Shown here piece after piece: positions 19,193 through 25,544 of a stretch of 64,000 nt of DNA. How positions within the stretch are numbered: position 1 is the stretch's first letter; each line of letters begins with the position of its first letter. Location of the stretch: assembly GCA_963716175.1 (NCBI GenBank), contig OY970296.1, positions 3,200,001 through 3,264,000 of the forward strand, given 5' to 3'. The notes below the pieces were generated by a model that did no database searches, was not told the origin of the DNA, and was given only the letters and a program-made list of their open reading frames with translations. The DNA comes from an uncultured Armatimonadetes bacterium (lineage in GTDB: Bacteria; Armatimonadota; Hebobacteria; Hebobacterales; Hebobacteraceae). Position numbers and translations under genes: made by a program.

Positions 19193-20449
19193 CTACACCA
19201 GACACACGAACGGCGAAACCTGGGTCAGACCGTCGGCAAGCGTGATAGGCGCGCGAAGCCACGGCTGCCCATCGGTGCAGGCGAACGCCTTCAACACGCT
19301 GCGGTTCTGAATGAAGTTCGTGCCGTGCGCGTTGGTCATGTCCACGGTCAGGTTCGTGCCGTCTTTGCAGATGTAGTACGACCAGTCCACCAGCAGCACG
19401 TCGCCCGCGGTCCCGAGCACCGGCGCGGCGTCCCATATGTCCACGGGAAAACCGAGCACCGAGCCCCAGGCGTTGGCCGAGGGCTGCCATAGAGGAGTCA
19501 GCCCGCCCGGCAGAGTCGCCATCGCGATCTGCGCGATCACGGTCTGACTGATGATCCACCGCTTCTGCCTACCGCGCGAAGCAGCGACCATGTTCACGAA
19601 GTCGGCGTAGGCCACCGCGCCCGGGCCGGCCCGCGTGACGTTGATCGTCGCCGGATGGCCGATCACGCCCAGCGGTTTCGCCACGCCATCGCCGGCCAAG
19701 TAGGCGTCATCCATCGTCGCCGCGATGGCCTGCGCGAACAACCCGCCCAGGAGCGCGGACACGCCGGGCACGTTCCGGATCAGCTTGTCCGTCAGTTCGG
19801 TGTACCCGGCCAGTTCGTTGGGCTTCAGGGTCAGCTCGCCGAAGGTGGGCTGAGACTCGGGCTTCGCCGCGCCCTCCCCGATCCACGAAACGGTCACGCC
19901 GCCGAACCGCCCGGCCGTGTAGTCGAGCAGCGGCATTTCGATTGCCGCGTCCGGCTGCTGGTCCGACCGGGGCGCATACCGCGCATAGGGCCGGACAAGT
20001 GACTGGTAGGTGATCGCCTCCACCAGCGCGTCGCTCCACTGAGTCGGAACCAAGAAGCCGCCGCTCGCGCCTGTTTGCACTTCCAGCGCGCGGGTGTTCA
20101 GCGCCTGAAGTCGGGAGTCACCGGGGTTCGCGTTCAGCGTCCGGATGAAATCGCCGAAGCTGTCGAAGCCACCGGCCGCCGAGTCCAGCGCCCGCAGCTC
20201 GGAGTCCGGCCGCCGCTCGGCGACGCCGCCGAGGTTGATCGCGGCCCGCTGCGCCGACAGGGAAGCCTGGTCGCGCTGCCCTTCGAGCGCCGTGATGCGA
20301 TCCACCACGGAGGTGCGAATCCGGGCGATCTCGTCCCGGAACTGCCGCACCACATCCTCGTCGCCGCCGGGCAGTGCCAGTCGCGCCCCGCAATCGCAAA
20401 AGAGTCGCGTACCGTCATACTGCTTGCCGCACTTCGGACAGACCTGCAT
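19193..20449 (-). CDS. HK97-fold phage major capsid protein with N-terminal zinc ribbon
   Basis: GGFLVP, WIGEG..KP, G.G..KPLGV, LGFPV, DVLLVDWS; N-terminal CPKCG..FCDCG then coiled coil. Confidence 0.9.
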   Translation of the reverse strand: MQVCPKCGKQYDGTRLFCDCGARLALPGGDEDVVRQFRDEIARIRTSVVDRITALEGQRDQASLSAQRAAINLGGVAERRPDSELRALDSAAGGFDSFGDFIRTLNANPGDSRLQALNTRALEVQTGASGGFLVPTQWSDALVEAITYQSLVRPYARYAPRSDQQPDAAIEMPLLDYTAGRFGGVTVSWIGEGAAKPESQPTFGELTLKPNELAGYTELTDKLIRNVPGVSALLGGLFAQAIAATMDDAYLAGDGVAKPLGVIGHPATINVTRAGPGAVAYADFVNMVAASRGRQKRWIISQTVIAQIAMATLPGGLTPLWQPSANAWGSVLGFPVDIWDAAPVLGTAGDVLLVDWSYYICKDGTNLTVDMTNAHGTNFIQNRSVLKAFACTDGQPWLRAPITLADGLTQVSPFVCLV

Positions 20450-20709
20450 GGTCTGCTCACTTTCCGACCTGCCCGGCCACCGCGGCCGGGTCAGGTCTCA
20501 CGCTTAGTGTGCATCCGCCGAGAGGTGGCTATGCCGGCCTCCCTGCGCTCGACTGCCGGCCCGGAAACAAGCGTGGTGGCCGCCGTCGCGAACGGCGAAT
20601 CCGTCGCCTGCCCCCGGGTGGCTCTGCCGGCCCGGTTGGGAGGTGGTGTCCTGCCGCGGCCGCGACAGTCCCGGCCTCCGTCCCCGGGTGGCGTATGCAC
20701 CAACGCCCC

Positions 20710-21345
20710 TCATCGCTGATACCGTTCATAGGGGTCCCACTCTTCGACGCTGCCATAGGTCTTCGAGCCCGGCGGCATGACGGGAGGATCCCCGGGCCGC
20801 CGCAGCACGATCACCTCAACCTCTTCCGCCGCCGGCGCCTCCTCAGAGACCGCCACCACCGCGTCAACCGCCGCCGTCATGCCCGCAGGCTGCGCACCCC
20901 GCCCCGGTGCCCGCGCCCTGGCGATGGCCTCGGCTTCCCCCTCATCGGGCTCGGCCCGGGCCACCACGATGGGCGGTGCCGGTTTCGGACGCAACTGCTT
21001 GGCCGCCGACGCCAGCGCCGACCAAGCATCGCTCCGCGGAAAGTGCCGCAGAAGCCCCTGCACGGCGACTTTCCAGCCAGAGGCGTCCTGGCAGAGGATG
21101 GCCCTCAAGGTCCTCACCACGTCGTCACGCAGAGGCTCCAGCGCACCTTCTGCCGGCAAGGCCGCGACCGCCGCCAGTAACGGCTCCGGCCAGTTCTCTG
21201 TAGTGGTGTCCGCCAGTGCCGACTTGGCTCTTTCGTAGCCGAGAAAGTCGAACACCAGGTCCGCTCCGTCTAAGAGTGACGGCAGCGCCCACCGCCGCAC
21301 CAGCCGCCCCGCCCTTTCCAGTAGGCTCAGCATAGCCTTACTCAT
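20710..21345 (-). CDS. Hypothetical element protein (helical N-terminus, Pro/Ala/Glu-rich tail)
   Basis: Start overlaps upstream stop; co-oriented in operon. Confidence 0.65.
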   Translation of the reverse strand: MSKAMLSLLERAGRLVRRWALPSLLDGADLVFDFLGYERAKSALADTTTENWPEPLLAAVAALPAEGALEPLRDDVVRTLRAILCQDASGWKVAVQGLLRHFPRSDAWSALASAAKQLRPKPAPPIVVARAEPDEGEAEAIARARAPGRGAQPAGMTAAVDAVVAVSEEAPAAEEVEVIVLRRPGDPPVMPPGSKTYGSVEEWDPYERYQR

Positions 21346-21775
21346 GCGCCGCCTCCAGCGCCGCCACCAGCCTTTCCAGTTCGACCAGCCGCTCCTCGAC
21401 CTCAACACCCCGCCTCACGGCCAAGGCCATCTGCGCGATGCTGGCGCAATCCCGCGCCCTGCCGGATGCCAGCTCGCCCCGAAGGACGGCCCGGGCCAGC
21501 GACTCAAAGAACCCGCGCACGGCCTCACCCGAAGAGAAGTCTATCTGCCCCACCAGCAGCTTCCGCCGTTCCGCCACCACGCGGCCCCCCTGGGCCTGAG
21601 CCTGCCGGCGCTTGTCCGCCAGCCGCTCTGAGTGCGCGAAGCACATGCCGCTGCCATCTGCCAGGGGTATGCCCCGACACCGCTTCCCTGCCCGTGTAGT
21701 GGCTGAGCAGAACTGCCCAGCCGTCTCTGACCCGATCACGCCGCGCTCATTGTCCCTGTGAGTCTCAGAGGCCAC
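21338..21775 (-). CDS. CCCH (HGGxSTG-like) Zn-binding protein, candidate terminase small subunit
   Basis: CSATTRAGKRC..MCFAH; C-terminal EERLVELE coiled coil; RBS CAGGAGG. Confidence 0.6.
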   Translation of the reverse strand: MASETHRDNERGVIGSETAGQFCSATTRAGKRCRGIPLADGSGMCFAHSERLADKRRQAQAQGGRVVAERRKLLVGQIDFSSGEAVRGFFESLARAVLRGELASGRARDCASIAQMALAVRRGVEVEERLVELERLVAALEAAHE

Positions 21776-21930
21776 TGTGGCCCTCCTGGTGCGTCCTGCG
21801 TGTTTTCACCTGACACCCATGTAAAGCGTGCTTGAACAGCCGCCCCCTACATGGGCCGCCGCCCAGCCAGGCCGCGGCCTGGCGCCACCCAAAGCAAGCA
21901 AGTACACGGTTCACTGAATCTCACTCTGCC

Positions 21931-22713
21931 TCACCACTTCACCCTGCCGCCCTTGTCCCCGAACTCTTCGGCCGCGGCTGGCGCTCCACGAGGTGGCCAG
22001 TATGGTTGCTTCTTATCGTCATCGCTCATCCGTGCGTCGCGGAAGTCCCTGCGCGGTGGCGGCCAGTTGCCCTTGATGGATGCCACCAGCACTCGGATCG
22101 GGTCATCGGCCGTCCGCTGTGGGAGCAGTTCGATCTGCGCCTCGATGACCTCGATGCCGAAGTCCTGCACCAGCTTTGCGGCCTGGCTTTTCCCCACGCC
22201 TTGACTTACCAACCGGGAAACAGCAGCAGCGCGCTCTGCTGCTCCCCCCTCTGAAATGTCTTTCTCTGAAGAGGGGGGGGTGTCGTTTTTGTTGTCACTT
22301 TGCCCGTGAGTGACAACACCCACGTTGTCACTAGTGACAACACCAGTGTTGTCAGTTGGCTGGTCCGAAGTGACAACACCCACGTTGTCAGTTGGCCGCC
22401 ATGCCGGGTTCAGATCGTGGCTCGAAGTAGCGCCTCGCCGGCGCATGATTTTGAGGTGTCCCCGCTGCTCGAGGTGGCGGATGGCCCGGGACACGATCCG
22501 CTTGCCGACCTGCACCTCCAGGCCGAGTTTCTGGGCGATCGTCCGGGTTCGAATCTTGGCGGGGATGAGGGCGCCACTCGCCTTGTCCTTCCGGCTGTGT
22601 CGGGCCAGCACGCAGAACACCCGGAGATCCCAGGCCGTCAGTAGCAGGTCGGAGATCACGCGCTCGGGCACTTGCGCAAACCTCGCTCGTGGGGTATCAT
22701 CTGGTCGCCGCAC
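21931..22713 (-). CDS. HTH replication initiator-like protein
   Basis: FAQVP..DLRVFCVL..TIAQKLG..VSRAIRHLEQRGHL winged-HTH pattern; internal iterons; GTG start with RBS. Confidence 0.7.
   Translation of the reverse strand: MRRPDDTPRARFAQVPERVISDLLLTAWDLRVFCVLARHSRKDKASGALIPAKIRTRTIAQKLGLEVQVGKRIVSRAIRHLEQRGHLKIMRRRGATSSHDLNPAWRPTDNVGVVTSDQPTDNTGVVTSDNVGVVTHGQSDNKNDTPPSSEKDISEGGAAERAAAVSRLVSQGVGKSQAAKLVQDFGIEVIEAQIELLPQRTADDPIRVLVASIKGNWPPPRRDFRDARMSDDDKKQPYWPPRGAPAAAEEFGDKGGRVKW
22311..22390. repeat. Three 20-bp palindromic iterons (putative origin)
   Basis: TGACAAC-N6-GTTGTCA at 22311, 22335, 22371; half-site at 22291. Confidence 0.8.
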
Positions 22714-22921
22714 TCTCCAGCTCCTGGGTGCGGCATGAACCGGCCTGGCAGGGCCGGTTTTCTTCTGGCCATCGCAGCGCGCCGCCCGGGCCTCGGGCTC
22801 GGCGGAGACGCCACGCGCGCACCTCGCTGAGATGCTTCCCGTGGGCAAACGGATCTACGTGGCGCATCCGGGGCGAGTGGGGCAAGACGCAGCCGGCGTG
22901 TGTATGGTAGCGGCCGGTCAT
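22697..22921 (-). CDS. Small hypothetical element protein (74 aa)
   Basis: ATGA overlap with MTase stop; MTGRYHTHAGCVLPH...; ends inside rep start region. Confidence 0.45.
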   Translation of the reverse strand: MTGRYHTHAGCVLPHSPRMRHVDPFAHGKHLSEVRAWRLRRARGPGGALRWPEENRPCQAGSCRTQELESAATR

Positions 22922-24183
22922 GGCGCCCCCTCCTGCACCGCCACCTGCCTGGCCTGCTCCGCCTCGCGGATGCGCGCCTCGGCCGTCGCCATCGCCACCG
23001 GGTCGATCTCTATCCCCACGAAGTCCCGGCCCAGCTCGACCGCGGCCACGCCGGTTGTGCCGCCGCCGAGGAAGGGATCGCACACCAGGTCCCCAGGCGA
23101 AGTCAGCCGGCCGATGTAGTACCGGGCACAGCCGATGCTCTGCTGCCAGGGGTGCGCGTCCTTCTGGACGTGCTCGCTCACATAGACGTTCTCGAACCAC
23201 GCCCGTGGCCCGGTGAAGTCGTGCCGCACGAAGAAGAGAAGCGGCTTGCTTCTCGTCCAGATACACATGGTGAAGAGGCGGCCCTCGGCGCCCGGCAGGA
23301 AGATGCTGCCCGAGCACCAGAAACGGAGCTGCTGCCGTAGGCCGTCGAACGCCGCTGGCAGGCAGATGTTCCCCGAGTATGCGATCAGCATACCGTCGGA
23401 CTTGAGGACGCGCGCCGCGAACTCGCTCAGTGCCGGCCAGAGGTGTTCGGCCTGCTTGAGATAGGGCGGATCGGTAAAGAGCAAGTCAACCGAGGCGTCG
23501 GCGATCTCCGCGCCTCGCTCGCGCATATCGCCCAGCAGTAGCGTCGCCGTGCCGATGGTGGCGTCGGCCTCGGCCGCGCCGTTCGCAGAGTAGCCGTCTC
23601 TGCGGGCCAGTTTCTCCAGGCCGCGGGCGTCGAGGACCCGATGGGGCAGATCCCCACCGAAGCTGGCCAGGGCCTTCAGCGCGCGGTCGCGCTCCAGGCG
23701 GTTCTTGGCGATCACTGCTGGCCGCGACGGACGGTACAGCTTACCGTCCCGGCCAAGCACCTCCCCAGGTGTATGATTCTGAACACCTGAAAGGTCGGCG
23801 GCCACGGTGCCCAGGCTCATGCCCACCAGCTCGGCGATGCGGCGAAGGCTCAGGCCGCGGCCGCGCAGTTCGCCGCAGAGTGCGCCCCTCTGCTCCTTGC
23901 TCAACTGGCGGCGAGCGAGGTTCAGCGTCAGCACGTGCTCAAGCTTCTGGCCTTCGGTCAGGCCAGGGCGAACGATCGTGGGGTAGTCCGTGATGCCGAG
24001 TTCGGCGCAGATGGCAAGCCGGGTGTGGCCGTCGAGTACCTGCCCTTTCTCGTCGAGTTCTATCGGGACAAGCACGCCCTCCCAGGCGATGGAAGCCTTG
24101 AGCGCGGCGCGCCGGTCGGTGGCCAAGGGTAGAAACAAATCGGCGAACCTACCGGGCCGCACTTCGGGCTTGGGCGCGCTCAT
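22918..24183 (-). CDS. ParB-like N-terminal domain + HTH + N6A/N4C DNA methyltransferase (beta class)
   Basis: VLDGHTR (ParB-like); SLRRIAELVG HTH; TDPPY precedes DPFLGGGTT. Confidence 0.88.
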   Translation of the reverse strand: MSAPKPEVRPGRFADLFLPLATDRRAALKASIAWEGVLVPIELDEKGQVLDGHTRLAICAELGITDYPTIVRPGLTEGQKLEHVLTLNLARRQLSKEQRGALCGELRGRGLSLRRIAELVGMSLGTVAADLSGVQNHTPGEVLGRDGKLYRPSRPAVIAKNRLERDRALKALASFGGDLPHRVLDARGLEKLARRDGYSANGAAEADATIGTATLLLGDMRERGAEIADASVDLLFTDPPYLKQAEHLWPALSEFAARVLKSDGMLIAYSGNICLPAAFDGLRQQLRFWCSGSIFLPGAEGRLFTMCIWTRSKPLLFFVRHDFTGPRAWFENVYVSEHVQKDAHPWQQSIGCARYYIGRLTSPGDLVCDPFLGGGTTGVAAVELGRDFVGIEIDPVAMATAEARIREAEQARQVAVQEGAP

Positions 24184-24347
24184 CGCGCCCGCCCCTCCGC
24201 CAGCGCGGCGATCGCCTGCTCACAGCGCCGCACCGCTTCTTCCGGCGTCATCCCCACGGGCAAGCGCTGGCGGAACGTGAAGGTCGGGCCCTTGCGCTCG
24301 GCCTTCTGCTTTCGTTGGTCTTCGGTTTTCGCGCCGATCATCCGCAC
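24180..24347 (-). CDS. Small basic protein (~55 aa), candidate directionality factor
   Basis: RBS GGGGAG, GTG start, stop overlaps MTase start (ATGA). Confidence 0.5.
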   Translation of the reverse strand: MRMIGAKTEDQRKQKAERKGPTFTFRQRLPVGMTPEEAVRRCEQAIAALAEGRAR

Positions 24348-24573
24348 GTGTCTCCCCAAACAGAACGCGAGCCCGCTCGGTTCTCCGAGCTGTGGGCTCG
24401 CGTCGGCCACCGCGAGGCGGTCTGGGTTATGTCAACGGGCTTGCGCCCGGTCTTCGCTGGGCAGGCCAGCCGCTAGGACAGCCGACCTGCCCATGAGACT
24501 GCACTCGTTCCAACTGCGAACTCGCCGCGCCCTGTGGGCGCACGTCAAGCCGCGCACCGCGCGGCAGGGGGTG

Positions 24574-25113
24574 TCACCCTTCAGCTAGCAACCAGCGCCA
24601 TCGCGCGCACACGGTCTCCGCGATTTTCTGATCGCCCTCGCCGAGTCTCACGCCCGCGCGCTCGGCCAGGAACTCGGGCGTCAACGCCGCCGCCACTCGC
24701 GCCTGATGTTCAAGCAGCAGACGATGACGCTCAGCCCTGCCGGCAAGCTCGGCGGCGACTTCGTCGGCATCTTCCTGCCAGGCCCACGTTACGCCGGGGT
24801 AACCCTCCGCGAGGAACTCTGCCGCGGCCCGATCCAGCCGCGCCGTCATCTGTGCCGCCATGAGCTTCATGGCCTCGGCCTCGGCGCGGTCGCGCTCCTC
24901 CTCGGCCACGAGTGCGGTGACTTCCTCGCCCAGGACGAGGCGCAGGGTGCGCGCGTACGTCATGAGGCGGCGGGTCCCGGTGTCGCGAACAAGGTCCGAC
25001 AGTATGGCAGGGTGAACCCTCGCCCGCCGCGCTGCCTCGTTCAAGCTGAATCCGGCCCGTTCTATGAGCTGGCCCAGCCGCTTACCCCGGGAAGGGGTTT
25101 CAGGTGTTCCCAT
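24574..25113 (-). CDS. XRE-like HTH regulator
   Basis: LGQLIERAGFSLNEAARRARVHPAILSDL. Confidence 0.7.
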   Translation of the reverse strand: MGTPETPSRGKRLGQLIERAGFSLNEAARRARVHPAILSDLVRDTGTRRLMTYARTLRLVLGEEVTALVAEEERDRAEAEAMKLMAAQMTARLDRAAAEFLAEGYPGVTWAWQEDADEVAAELAGRAERHRLLLEHQARVAAALTPEFLAERAGVRLGEGDQKIAETVCARWRWLLAEG

Positions 25114-25162
25114 GTTTCTCTCCGTTTCATCACAGCCGACTGTATGCCCCATAACACGGCTC

Positions 25163-25191
25163 AGTATACCACATCGGGGCTGGCCTGTCTA
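25163..25191 (-). promoter_or_regulatory. Sigma70-type promoter of the element main operon
   Basis: TAGACA-N17-TATACT ~50 nt upstream of XRE start. Confidence 0.7.
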
Positions 25192-25241
25192 TAGCGATTT
25201 TGCCCCTCCGGCCAGGTTTTTTTCGCGCCCCCGCCCGGGCC

Positions 25242-25277
25242 AAAGAGAAGGACCCCGCACCCGAGGGCGCGAGGTCC
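25242..25277 (-). terminator. Rho-independent terminator, placed to end the integrase transcript in the circular form
   Basis: GGACCTCGCGCCC-tc-GGGTGCGGGGTCC then TTCTCTTT on minus strand. Confidence 0.65.
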
Positions 25278-25385
25278 GGTCCGCCCGATCAGGTTGTCAG
25301 CCGCTCACGCCGCCCAGCGCCCGACCGCCCTCAGGCCCACAAGGTCGCACCGCTTCTCACAGAGCCGCAGGACGCTCCTGGTGGA

Positions 25386-25429
25386 CTCGCAATCTGAGCG
25401 GGGGCTTCTTCAAGCGGGTCTTGTAGGGC
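25386..25429. other. attR (element arm + TT core 25409-25410 + host arm with displaced epimerase 3' end)
   Basis: ctcgcaatctgagcgggggcttc-TT-caagcgggtcttgtag; encodes FKRVL*. Confidence 0.8.
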
Positions 25430-25452
25430 GGGCATGTCTGTGCATGCCCGCC
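25423..25452 (+). repeat. GTAG-type REP overlapping the displaced epimerase stop codon
   Basis: GTAGGGCGGGCATGTCTGTGCATGCCCGCC. Confidence 0.7.
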
Positions 25453-25544
25453 GGCCTCTCTCTCCTCCGCCTCGCCGGGGAGGTGGGCGAGCGACGACAG
25501 CGAACACAGTTGGCCGTAGTCCACTACATCGCAAGGAGACTCCA

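Larger units (their letters stand above)
16908..25410 (-). mobile_element. 8.5-kb integrated phage-satellite-like element (serine integrase, HK97 capsid, rep, MTase, XRE)
   Basis: Co-oriented phage-type genes; TT core at both ends; joined inner arms give near-palindromic attP; outer arms restore host gene. Confidence 0.9.

Noticed and set aside
19193-20449. Encapsulin interpretation of the lone HK97 protein
   Set aside because: Phage-type capsid motifs, delta-like N-terminus and location inside an att-bounded integrase element; no cargo enzyme adjacent
22311-22390. Mini CRISPR array
   Set aside because: Spacers of 4 and 16 nt, repeats lie in frame within a CDS, no cas genes
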